From assembly GCA_002724635.1 (NCBI GenBank), contig PBPM01000086.1, positions 13,772-45,771 of the forward strand: a DNA stretch of 32,000 nucleotides, written 5' to 3'. The DNA comes from Rhodospirillaceae bacterium. Lineage in GTDB: Bacteria; Pseudomonadota; Alphaproteobacteria; UBA6615. The notes under the pieces are model-generated. The model searched no databases, was not told the origin of the DNA, and saw only the letters and a list, made by a program, of their open reading frames with translations. This document shows positions 9,737 to 17,970 of this stretch, one piece after another (within the stretch, counting starts at the first letter, position 1; every line of letters begins with the position of its first letter). A program made the translations under genes and the position numbers.

Positions 9737-11014
9737 TTAGAGCTGCCAGCGACGATAAGCCTCGGGCAGCACGATCTTACGCCACATCCCTTTGATATCG
9801 GCCAGAAGGCCGCCCGAAGTCATTAGGCCCAACAACGCCTCCGCCGTCATCCCGGCGAACTCATGATGCCGGACAGCGCCGATCACGGCATCATAACCCG
9901 CCGCATCATCGAGTGACCTAAGCAAATCTATATCGAAAAATTGCTCAGCCTCCGAAGGGTCGGCGTGCGGGTCGTACACGTCCACATCATGTCCCATCGC
10001 CCGCAGGCTGGTGAAAATATCAACTACACGCGAGTTCCGCAGGTCGGGCACGTTTTCCTTGAATGTCAGCCCCAGCACTAAGACTCTCGCGGGCCCAGAC
10101 CCGAGAAGACCGGACACCTCGTCGGCGATATACCCGCCCATGCCGTCGTTGATGCGCCGCCCGGCGAGCACAACCTCGGGGTTGTGTCCGATCGATTGTG
10201 CGGCATGGGCCAGATAGAAGGGGTCGACCCCGATGCAGTGCCCACCGACTAGGCCCGGGTGGAACGGGAGGAAGTTCCACTTGGTGTTAGCCGCCTCCAA
10301 CACATCGAGGACATTCAGCCCGAGCCCGTTTAGGATCACGGCGACCTCGTTTACGAAGGCGATATTGATGTCGCGCTGTGCGTTCTCGATCACCTTTGCG
10401 GCCTCGGCCGTGCGGATGTTACGGGCGACGAAAACGTCGCCGCCGTTGACCGCCCCATACATGTCGGTGAGCTGCGTGGTGACCTCGGGTGTCTGTCCTG
10501 CAACGACCTTCGTTATACGGTCGACCGTGTGTTCGCGGTCACCCGGGTTGATTCGCTCGGGCGAGTAACCTAGGAAGAAGTCCTCACCGCAGGTCAGTCC
10601 CGATTCCGCCTCGAGGATCGGCGCGCAGATATCCTCGGTAACCCCGGGATATACCGTGGATTCATATACGATGATCGCCCCGACCGCGAGGTTCCGACCA
10701 ACCGTCTCGCTTGCGCTGCGCACAGGGCGCAGATCCGGCTGATTGTCGGCGTCAACAGGGGTCGGCACCGTCACCACGAAGATATTCGTCCCGACGAGTG
10801 CCGCCTCATCACTGGAAAAACGCATCTTGGTGTCATTAAGGGTGCCGGCATCGACTTCGTCGGTGCGATCCTCGCCGGCATTCAGTTCAGCGATCCGCGC
10901 TGCGTCGATATCGAACCCCGTCACGTCGAAATGCCGTGCCAGATGAATCGCTAGAGGGAGGCCAACATAGCCGAGGCCGACAACGGCAATTCGTAGTTTC
11001 TCAGACATCTTCAT
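9737..11014 (-). CDS. nucleotide-sugar 6-dehydrogenase, TviB/WbpO (UDP-HexNAc dehydrogenase)-like
   Basis: 425 aa. The N-terminus is RIAVVGLGYVGLPLAIHLARHFDVTGFDIDAARIAELNAGEDRTDEV, and the catalytic Cys lies in the block VGGHCIGVDPFYL. Confidence 0.9.
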   Translation of the reverse strand: MKMSEKLRIAVVGLGYVGLPLAIHLARHFDVTGFDIDAARIAELNAGEDRTDEVDAGTLNDTKMRFSSDEAALVGTNIFVVTVPTPVDADNQPDLRPVRSASETVGRNLAVGAIIVYESTVYPGVTEDICAPILEAESGLTCGEDFFLGYSPERINPGDREHTVDRITKVVAGQTPEVTTQLTDMYGAVNGGDVFVARNIRTAEAAKVIENAQRDINIAFVNEVAVILNGLGLNVLDVLEAANTKWNFLPFHPGLVGGHCIGVDPFYLAHAAQSIGHNPEVVLAGRRINDGMGGYIADEVSGLLGSGPARVLVLGLTFKENVPDLRNSRVVDIFTSLRAMGHDVDVYDPHADPSEAEQFFDIDLLRSLDDAAGYDAVIGAVRHHEFAGMTAEALLGLMTSGGLLADIKGMWRKIVLPEAYRRWQL

Positions 11015-11294
11015 GTACTCCGGTCACCGCCGCAGATATGCAGTATTCGTGAGCCGCTCATAACGCGGACGGGAGCATGATGCAAAACCCGATACAACAT
11101 GCGAACGACCTGGTTTTGCGACAATTCTGCTTGCATCGTCTTATGATTTGACGCAACAGGTGCCAAACTCCCAGGGGTAGTATTGTGGGGGCCGGAACAT
11201 TCGGGCCGCCCCTTGCACCGCCAAGCCATCTGACTTACGTGAATTAACTTCTCTTAGATGTAGCATAAAAAATTAAACACGCTCTTTTTGTATA

Positions 11295-12089
11295 ATGGAC
11301 CGTCTCGACACTCTTGAATCTCGTAGTGTGTACATTCTCCGGGAGGCCTATGCCTGCGCCCGACCTTTGGCAATGCTCTGGTCGATCGGCAAAGATTCAA
11401 ATGTTGTGCTCTGGCTCGCCCGCAAGGCCTTCTTTGGCAAAGTGCCTTTCCCCGTCATACAGCTGGACACAGGCATGGAGCTTGATGAGGTCTATGCCTA
11501 TCGTGATCAATATACGAAGGAGTGGAACCTCGATCTGGTGGTTATCGACTGTCCTCCAGAGAGCGAAATGGACCCCAGCCTTCCCCCGATGACCCGGTCG
11601 GCCGCGCGGAAGAGTGCCGGGCTCGCAAATCTGCTGCGTGACGAAGACTACAAGGGAATTCTTGTAGGCATACGCCGCGACGAAGAAGCCACCCGCGCCA
11701 AGGAGCGTGTCTTCAGTCCGCGCGCCTCCGACGGGGCATGGGAGTTCCGCGACCAGCCGGCCGAATTCTGGGATCAGTTCACGACGGACACGCCCGAGAA
11801 TGCACACCTGCGCATTCACCCGCTACTGCACTGGACCGAGATCGACATCTGGCGCTACACCAAGCGCGAGAATATTCCAGTTAATTCACTCTATTTCTCT
11901 AAAGACGGTAAGCGGTACCGCTCACTCGGCGAGAAGAACATCACAGCCCCAATCGACAGCGACGCCGCCACCATCGACGAGATCATCGAGGAGCTCGAGA
12001 CCACCAATATGCCGGAACGTGCGGGGCGGCTCATGGACAACGAGGCTGAGGATTCTTTCGAACGCCTGCGTACATCTGGGTACATGTAA
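11295..12089 (+). CDS. cysD: sulfate adenylyltransferase subunit 2 (CysD/NodP-like)
   Basis: LESRSVYILREAY, LWSIGKDSNVVLWLARKAF (PP-loop), GIRRDEEATRAKERVFS and C-terminal ERAGRLMD...GYM are collinear with CysD. I see no obvious SD sequence before the ATG. Confidence 0.88.
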   Translation: MDRLDTLESRSVYILREAYACARPLAMLWSIGKDSNVVLWLARKAFFGKVPFPVIQLDTGMELDEVYAYRDQYTKEWNLDLVVIDCPPESEMDPSLPPMTRSAARKSAGLANLLRDEDYKGILVGIRRDEEATRAKERVFSPRASDGAWEFRDQPAEFWDQFTTDTPENAHLRIHPLLHWTEIDIWRYTKRENIPVNSLYFSKDGKRYRSLGEKNITAPIDSDAATIDEIIEELETTNMPERAGRLMDNEAEDSFERLRTSGYM

Positions 12090-12114
12090 TGTCTAACCCA
12101 TCAACGTTCGGCCG

Positions 12115-14013
12115 ATGACAGACGGCGCGACACGGACGCGGCCGGCATCGGAGCGTCGGATGCGCGTGGTGATCGTCGGCCATGTCGATCATGGCAAGTC
12201 GACCCTTGTCGGCCGTTTGTTCCACGATACGGGCCAACTCCCCGACGGCAGGCTAGAAGCAATCGAGGGAATGTGCCGCCGGCGCGGCATGCCGTTCGAA
12301 TGGGCCTTCCTGATGGACAGCCTGAAGGCCGAACGCGACCAAGGCATCACGATCGACACGTCTCAGATCTGGTTTCGCCACGATGCGCGTGAGTATGTCC
12401 TGATCGATGCGCCAGGCCATCGGGAGTTCATCCGAAACATGGTGACCGGCGCCTCAAACGCCGATGCCGCGCTGTTGCTGATCGATGCGGACCAGGGCGT
12501 ACGCCGCCAGTCGCGCCACCACATGTATCTACTAAAACTTCTGGGCGTACGCGAGGTCACCGTCGCCGTCAACAAGATGGACCTCGTCGACTATGATGAG
12601 GGTCGCTTCCAGGAAATTGAGGCCGAATATCGACGGTATCTCGAGGGCATCGGGATCACGCCGCGCGAGATCATTCCGGTCTCTGCACGCGAGGGCGACA
12701 ACGTAGCCTCGCGATCCAAAAATATGGGCTGGTATTCCGGTCCGTGCATTTTGGAGTCACTGCCTAGGTTTGAGCACCCAGCCTCCGCGGAGGCACAAGC
12801 CCTGCGCCTGCCACTACAGGACGTCTACAAGTTCGATGAACGCCGCATCCTCGCCGGACGTATCGAGTCCGGCACCTTGAGGGTTGGTGACGACCTAGTA
12901 TTTTCTCCCAGCAACCGGACAGCAAAAATTAAGACTATCGAGAGCTGGAATGCCGGAGGCCCCGTCACATCGGCGTCGGCCGGACAGTCCGTAGGAATCA
13001 CGCTGGATGAGCAGATCTTCGTGGAGCGCGGAGAAATCGTCAGTCATGAGGTAAACGCGCCGGTCGAGTCCGATGTGTTCCATGTACGTCTGTTCTGGCT
13101 AGCCGATACGCCGCTCGAGATCGGTGCCGCCTGCGAGCTGAAAATTGGCCCGAGCCGAGTAGATGCGGTAGTCGAACAGATCGAGCGCGTCATCGACATC
13201 GACGCCCTGTCAGATCATGCCGCCACACGCGTGGCCCGTGACGAGATCGCCGATGTTTTAATCCGCACCAGCCGGCTAATGGCCTTTGACGCGCATGAAG
13301 ATCTCTCGCAAACGGGCCGGGTTGTCTTCGTCGATCGCCACCTGACTCTTGGCGGCGGCGTCCTGTCGCTCGGCAACTATCCCGACCAGCGTCAGCTCGT
13401 GACGGTGCGCGGCACCAACCTGACCGAGGTCGATCACAGGGTGGACCCTGAGCGCAGGGTTGCGCGCAACCGTCACAAGCCTGGGGTCCTCTGGTTCACT
13501 GGCCTATCCGGCGCGGGCAAGTCGACCCTCGCCATGGCGCTTGAACAGCGCCTGTTTTTCAAGGGCTATCAGGTCTATGTCCTTGACGGCGACAATGTGC
13601 GTTCGGGCCTGAATGCGAATCTCGGATTTTCACCCGAGGACCGCGCCGAGAACATTCGGCGCGTTGGCGAAGTTGCGGCTCTGCTCGCGGATGCCGGACT
13701 GATCGTTATCACCGCCTTCATCTCGCCCTATCGCGCGGACCGAGCGCGCGCGCGAGCCGCAGCCGGCGAGGCTTTTCACGAGGTCTTTATCGACGCCGAC
13801 GTCGCGACCTGCGAATCCCGCGATCCAAAGGGCCTTTACAAGCGGGCCCGCGCTGGCGAAATCAAGGAATTCACCGGCATCTCCGCACCTTACGAGGAGC
13901 CAAAAGCACCGGATATCATTATTGACACGAGCGGCCGTAGTGTCGACGAGTGCATAGACGATCTATTCACCTATGTGGCCGATCATTTCAGCACATCGGG
14001 CCAGCTCGGCTAA
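12115..14013 (+). CDS. cysNC: bifunctional sulfate adenylyltransferase subunit 1 / adenylylsulfate kinase (CysN-CysC fusion, NodQ-like)
   Basis: It has the GTPase motifs [14 protein letters not shown] and NKMD. The C-terminal APS-kinase domain has the P-loop [13 protein letters not shown] and FISPY. Confidence 0.93.
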   Translation: MTDGATRTRPASERRMRVVIVGHVDHGKSTLVGRLFHDTGQLPDGRLEAIEGMCRRRGMPFEWAFLMDSLKAERDQGITIDTSQIWFRHDAREYVLIDAPGHREFIRNMVTGASNADAALLLIDADQGVRRQSRHHMYLLKLLGVREVTVAVNKMDLVDYDEGRFQEIEAEYRRYLEGIGITPREIIPVSAREGDNVASRSKNMGWYSGPCILESLPRFEHPASAEAQALRLPLQDVYKFDERRILAGRIESGTLRVGDDLVFSPSNRTAKIKTIESWNAGGPVTSASAGQSVGITLDEQIFVERGEIVSHEVNAPVESDVFHVRLFWLADTPLEIGAACELKIGPSRVDAVVEQIERVIDIDALSDHAATRVARDEIADVLIRTSRLMAFDAHEDLSQTGRVVFVDRHLTLGGGVLSLGNYPDQRQLVTVRGTNLTEVDHRVDPERRVARNRHKPGVLWFTGLSGAGKSTLAMALEQRLFFKGYQVYVLDGDNVRSGLNANLGFSPEDRAENIRRVGEVAALLADAGLIVITAFISPYRADRARARAAAGEAFHEVFIDADVATCESRDPKGLYKRARAGEIKEFTGISAPYEEPKAPDIIIDTSGRSVDECIDDLFTYVADHFSTSGQLG

Positions 14014-14030
14014 GCGCATGAAAATGTTGA

Positions 14031-14069
14031 CGTTCAACCCGTGAACGATTATTGTTCACGGCGTGAACG
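14031..14069. promoter_or_regulatory. two tandem 15-bp palindromes GTTCA-N5-TGAAC (candidate operator)
   Basis: Site 1 is cGTTCAacccgTGAACg (14031-14047). Site 2 is tGTTCAcggcgTGAACg (14053-14069). The centres are 22 bp apart, and the sites lie between the cysNC stop (14013) and the regulator ATG (14076). Confidence 0.45.
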
Positions 14070-14075
14070 GGTTTG

Positions 14076-14723
14076 ATGACTGACAGTGAGCGCATACCGG
14101 TCGGCAAAGCCGATGATGCCGAGATCACACTAGGCATTCTGAACGCTATTCATGAGAATGAGCGGATAACCCAGCGAACAGTCGCTCAGGATTTGGGAAT
14201 CGCGCTCGGACTAGCGAATTCTTATCTGAAACGTTGCGTCAAAAAGGGCCTAGTTAAGGTCAGCCAAGCGCCGGCAAACCGATATGCCTACTACCTGACA
14301 CCACAAGGGTTTTCAGAAAAGAGCCGCCTGACCGCGGAGTATCTTTCTGATTCTTTCCGCTTCTTTCGTGATGCCCGCAGCCAATGCACCGAGGCTCTGC
14401 AAGAGGCCCAACGCCGCGGTTGGGGACGGATCGCCCTATTCGGTGCCAGCGAGCTCGCTGAGGTCGCCTCGCTTTGTGAAGCGCCGGATGTCGAAATCAT
14501 CGCTGTTGTCGACCCTGATAGCGCTCAGGCTTCGTTCGCGCATCTGCGCGTAGTGCGCAACCTCGCTGAGGCGGGAGACATCGATGCGCTTATCCTAACC
14601 GCGCTGGCAGGGCCTCAGGAAGCCTATGAAATGCTGGCTCGTGACCATCCGGACACGCATGTCATCGTGCCCAAACTCCTTCGCGTGAGCGAGATTCCAA
14701 CGCCGGAGAACGCACATGCATGA
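14076..14723 (+). CDS. winged-helix (EPS-associated MarR-like) transcriptional regulator with a C-terminal Rossmann-like extension
   Basis: ITQRTVAQDLGIALGLANSYLKRCVKKGLVKVSQAPANRYAYYLTPQGFSEKSRLTAEYL fits the EPS-locus MarR-like wHTH pattern. The C-terminal roughly 100 aa (RIALFGASELAEV...IIAVVDPD) looks like a nucleotide/CoA-binding fold. Confidence 0.72.
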   Translation: MTDSERIPVGKADDAEITLGILNAIHENERITQRTVAQDLGIALGLANSYLKRCVKKGLVKVSQAPANRYAYYLTPQGFSEKSRLTAEYLSDSFRFFRDARSQCTEALQEAQRRGWGRIALFGASELAEVASLCEAPDVEIIAVVDPDSAQASFAHLRVVRNLAEAGDIDALILTALAGPQEAYEMLARDHPDTHVIVPKLLRVSEIPTPENAHA

Positions 14724-15228
14724 CGCCAAGCGATGGTTCGTTGTCCGCACGCACCCTAACGGCGAGTTCAAGGCTCTTGCCCATATTCTTCGCCAGGGTT
14801 TCGATGGTTATCTGCCCCGTTACGTCAAGCGCCGTCGCCATGCACGTAAGACCGAGAATGTGCAGAAGCCGCTTTTCCCGGGATACCTGTTCGTCGGCAT
14901 GGATCCCGAGCGAGCAAGATGGCGTGCGCTCAACTCAACTGTCGGCGTCAGCGAGCTCATCTGCTACAGCGGGCAGCCAGCAGCTGTTCCCGACGAAGTG
15001 ATCGATGATATTCGTCGCCACGAAGACGAAAGCGGCTACGTGATTTTGGGCGAGCATGCCGGGCTCAAGAAGGGCGACCGGGTTCGGATCACCGAGGGCT
15101 CATTGTCCGATCAGATTGGGATCTTCGATGCACCCACGGACCAACAGCGCGTGTTCCTGCTGCTGGAACTTCTGGGTCGCCAAGTGCGCGTAAAAATGCC
15201 GATGACGGCGTTGGCGCCCGTCGGATAA
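14716..15228 (+). CDS. NusG-family specialised paralog (RfaH/UpxY-like antiterminator)
   Basis: The NGN domain reads RWFVVRTHPNGEFKALAHILRQGFDGYLP...PLFPGYLFV. The KOW-like segment reads KKGDRVRITEGSLSDQIGIF. It overlaps the regulator gene by 8 nt. Confidence 0.8.
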   Translation: MHDAKRWFVVRTHPNGEFKALAHILRQGFDGYLPRYVKRRRHARKTENVQKPLFPGYLFVGMDPERARWRALNSTVGVSELICYSGQPAAVPDEVIDDIRRHEDESGYVILGEHAGLKKGDRVRITEGSLSDQIGIFDAPTDQQRVFLLLELLGRQVRVKMPMTALAPVG

Positions 15229-15762
15229 CCCATCGCTCGGGCCGGGTTCGGCCGACCGGCCTCGGTCAGGGGCACCTTGCAGACCGCAACGCCCTTTCGT
15301 GTCAGTAGCCATTCCGCCAGTTCCAGCTCGAACGGCTCGTCGATATTCGCCACCAGCCAAATCAACCACCGCCGCAGCGGAGTTGTCGCCCAAAATAGGC
15401 GCACCATCCAGAAACGGGTTATGCCAAAACGCATAGCAAACCCTGTTGCGTCGGAAAAATGGCGGCACATCCTGTCGGCGGGCGGCGCGCGAACCATACT
15501 CAAGCAGCAATCTGATCCAATAGTCCTCGGCCGTCAGTGTTTTCTGCGCCGCGTAATGCTCTCGCGTCGGACTGACTGTTGCGGCGGCGTGCAGGCCCTC
15601 ATCGGTGAACGGGGCCTCCATATTGGCAACGAGATCCCGGGACCAACAAAGGGGAATGGTCAACGCTAACAGGAGCGATACATCGAAATACCGCCTCGCC
15701 TCCGTAGCGCACCGCTTCGGGGGTGTCACGGGATCGTCCGTCCACACGACGACCCGGTCAAT
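15229..15762 (-). pseudogene. possible frameshifted or degraded ORF of unknown family
   Basis: Two minus-strand frames both look coding and would need a frameshift near 15360-15500 to join. Frame A has a GTG at 15747 and GC3-rich codons to about 15370. Frame B runs from about 15500 to 15229. Neither frame has a stop before it runs antisense into the NusG-like gene. I could not assign a family. Confidence 0.25.
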
Positions 15763-16117
15763 CTAGCATTTTGGAAGAGCAATAAGGGTTGCTCGGCCGA
15801 GGAGGATCGGCCTGCCGACCGGGCTGCCGGAAATCTCTAATAACTATGCGTCGTTATTCACTTTCATGCGCAACGTTCCCCGCAGGATAGGATTGGATCG
15901 ATTGAACGCCGGCTTGGTTGAAAAAAGCTTTATGATCGCCGATACAAGTTCGGTCAAAAGCAACGGCAATCCGCGCCGAACCGAAAAAGCAACAGGTTGC
16001 AACAGAACGTGAATGGGTCTTTGGCCCGACTTGCTGTAGGTAGCACTCGGACGCTCGATCTAACCTTTCCGAATGTCCAACCCAGCGCAGCCCAACCGAT
16101 CTTGTGTATCCCGACCC

Positions 16118-17071
16118 ATGCGAAAACATCTTCTAACGCTCGCCAAACTCGCAGTGTCCGCCGCGCTGATTGCCTGGGTTATGAATGGCATCAATTTTCG
16201 CGATGTTATTGCCAAGATCACGGGGGTCAGCACTTCATGGTTTGCAACCGCCGCCCTTTTTCTGGTGGGCGCACTTATTCTAGGCGCCGTGCGGTGGCAG
16301 CTCGTTCTCGGGGCGCTGGGCGTCCGACCGCGGTTTGGTGTTACGGCACGCCTATTTCTAGTGGGAATCTTCTTCAATCAGACGCTCCCTTCCAGCATCG
16401 GTGGAGACGCAACCCGAGTGTTTTACCTCTGGCGTACAGGGACGAGCGCCCAGACGGCCCTGAACAGCGTCTTGCTAGATCGTATCATCGGGCTAACCGT
16501 CCTGATGGTGGCGACCACCATCATTGCTCCTTCTCTCACCGGACACCTTGACAATCCGATCGCGATTAACGGCTTGGTTCTTGTATTGATCGCTAGCTGG
16601 GTTGCGATCGCGGCATTATTCATGTTCGACAATTCATTGACTCGCCGGTTCCGGAATCTGCGCCTCATCGATGTCGCGCTCAAGCTGTCGCGTGACGCCG
16701 TCGACCTCTGCCGGCAGCCGTCCTTAGCTGCGGCCACCTTGGCTATCTCCCTGGCGATCCACGGAGCAACCGTCGCCACCGCATGGAGCCTCGACCATGC
16801 GCTCGGTGGAGACGCTAGTCTCCTGATCTATATCATCGCGATGACGCCGACAATTCTTCTGATCAGCATTCCCATTTCGATCGCTGGGTGGGGGGTACGC
16901 GAACAGATTCTCGTGGTCCTTCTCGGCGCCCTCGGAACCAGCGCAACGCAGGCTCTCAGTGTCTCAATCCTGTTCGGCACCCTCCTTCTCATTGCAGGCA
17001 TTCCCGGCGGTATACTCTGGCTCAGCATGCGTCAGTCGCCAAAAAATGAAGGGACACCGGAAATTGACTGA
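16118..17071 (+). CDS. flippase-like / lysylphosphatidylglycerol-synthase TM-domain (UPF0104) membrane protein
   Basis: It is multi-TM. LVLGALGVRPRFGVTARLFLVGIFFNQTLPSSIGGDATRVFYLWRTG is the characteristic block. I prefer the ATG at 16118 (MRKHLL); the ATG at 16073 is an alternative. Confidence 0.78.
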   Translation: MRKHLLTLAKLAVSAALIAWVMNGINFRDVIAKITGVSTSWFATAALFLVGALILGAVRWQLVLGALGVRPRFGVTARLFLVGIFFNQTLPSSIGGDATRVFYLWRTGTSAQTALNSVLLDRIIGLTVLMVATTIIAPSLTGHLDNPIAINGLVLVLIASWVAIAALFMFDNSLTRRFRNLRLIDVALKLSRDAVDLCRQPSLAAATLAISLAIHGATVATAWSLDHALGGDASLLIYIIAMTPTILLISIPISIAGWGVREQILVVLLGALGTSATQALSVSILFGTLLLIAGIPGGILWLSMRQSPKNEGTPEID

Positions 17072-17088
17072 CGCCTCTCGCTGGCCTA

Positions 17089-17107
17089 GCGTTCATTTCA
17101 TGAACGC
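17089..17107. promoter_or_regulatory. third GTTCA-N5-TGAAC palindrome (perfect 8-bp arms GCGTTCAT-ttc-ATGAACGC)
   Basis: It lies 18 nt after the flippase-like stop and about 145 nt upstream of tonB. It has the same half-sites as 14031-14069. It could also act as a hairpin terminator, but no T-tract follows. Confidence 0.4.
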
Positions 17108-17250
17108 CTTTCGAGGCGGACGGTTTGATCGCGTTGCTCGCTTCGTGGCGGTCGCTTCACCCCGAACAGCGGTAGCATGTCCGCACACCGACGCTAGAGC
17201 CGGTTGCTTGACCACCTCTGATTGGGCCCGAATGACCCATTTGTTGTGCG

Positions 17251-17964
17251 ATGATGAACCCCGCATTTAATCGACCGTTCTTAGCCGCCGCCACCCTATC
17301 GCTCGGTGCCCACGCGGCATTGGTGGGTGTAATATTACTGCAGCCGTTCGAGCCACGAACCGACACGGCCCATCTAGTGCCGGTTGTCACGGTGCCGGTC
17401 CCGGCATCATCGACGCCACCTTCAACCGCGGCCGACCCGTCCGAGACATCAGCGCACCCTAACAAGACACAGCCCCAACTCGTAACATCACCAATGACAG
17501 CGCCCGCGCCATCGTCATCAATAAAGATAGCTGCATACCCGCCTATCCATGCAAAAACTCCCGGCAAACCGGCTATGCCAACAACGACAGTACGACTCGC
17601 CGCCAAACCCGATGTCGCGGAAATGGATGTCGTTGAACCCACCCAGACGACCACAATCAATCCCGCACCGATAGTAGTTGGCCCGCAAATCAAAACCCGG
17701 ATCGCGATTACCCCGGGCAACGCCCAGCCGCGCTACCCTTTGCATGCTCGCAAACGCGGCTATGAAGGGCGAACGGTTGTTAGGGTTGCCGTGTCAGAGG
17801 ACGGGAAGGTCGCTGCGACCAAGATCGCGCAAAGCAGCGGTTATAAGGTCCTTGACGTAGCAGCGCGTGAGGCCGTCGCCGCGTGGCAATTCAAGCCCGC
17901 CACACGCGGCGGCTATCCCGTCACGGGCCGTATTGACGTACCGGTCGAGTTCCGGCTGCGTTAA
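17251..17964 (+). CDS. tonB: energy transducer TonB
   Basis: It has an N-terminal anchor (FLAAATLSLGAHAALVGVILL), a Pro/Thr/Ala-rich spacer, and the C-terminal domain PRYPLHARKRGYEGRTVVRVAVSEDGKV...SSGYKVLDVAAREAVAAWQFKPA. Confidence 0.88.
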   Translation: MMNPAFNRPFLAAATLSLGAHAALVGVILLQPFEPRTDTAHLVPVVTVPVPASSTPPSTAADPSETSAHPNKTQPQLVTSPMTAPAPSSSIKIAAYPPIHAKTPGKPAMPTTTVRLAAKPDVAEMDVVEPTQTTTINPAPIVVGPQIKTRIAITPGNAQPRYPLHARKRGYEGRTVVRVAVSEDGKVAATKIAQSSGYKVLDVAAREAVAAWQFKPATRGGYPVTGRIDVPVEFRLR

Positions 17965-17970
17965 CGCCAC

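Noticed and set aside
11291-11296. A perfect TATAAT hexamer in the AT-rich cysD upstream region.
   Set aside because: It overlaps the cysD ATG itself (11295), so it cannot serve as the -10 element for that gene unless the start is mis-assigned. The region from 11225 to 11294 is noted only as an AT-rich divergent promoter region.
15956-15996. A direct repeat AAAAGCAAC(G/A)G at 15956-15966 and 15985-15996 in the flippase-like gene leader.
   Set aside because: Roughly ten local 9-mer repeats of this kind are expected by chance in 32 kb. It is worth keeping in mind only if it is conserved in related loci.
17168-17179. An RfaH ops-like sequence aGCGGTAGCaTG in the tonB leader, matching GGCGGTAGnnTG at 11 of 12 positions. 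A GGCGGTAG 8-mer also occurs on the minus strand at 9673-9680.
   Set aside because: About one or two such near-matches are expected by chance in 64 kb of two-strand sequence. The 9673 copy lies downstream of its gene in a pseudogene remnant. There is also no evidence that this alphaproteobacterial NusG paralog uses the enterobacterial ops element.
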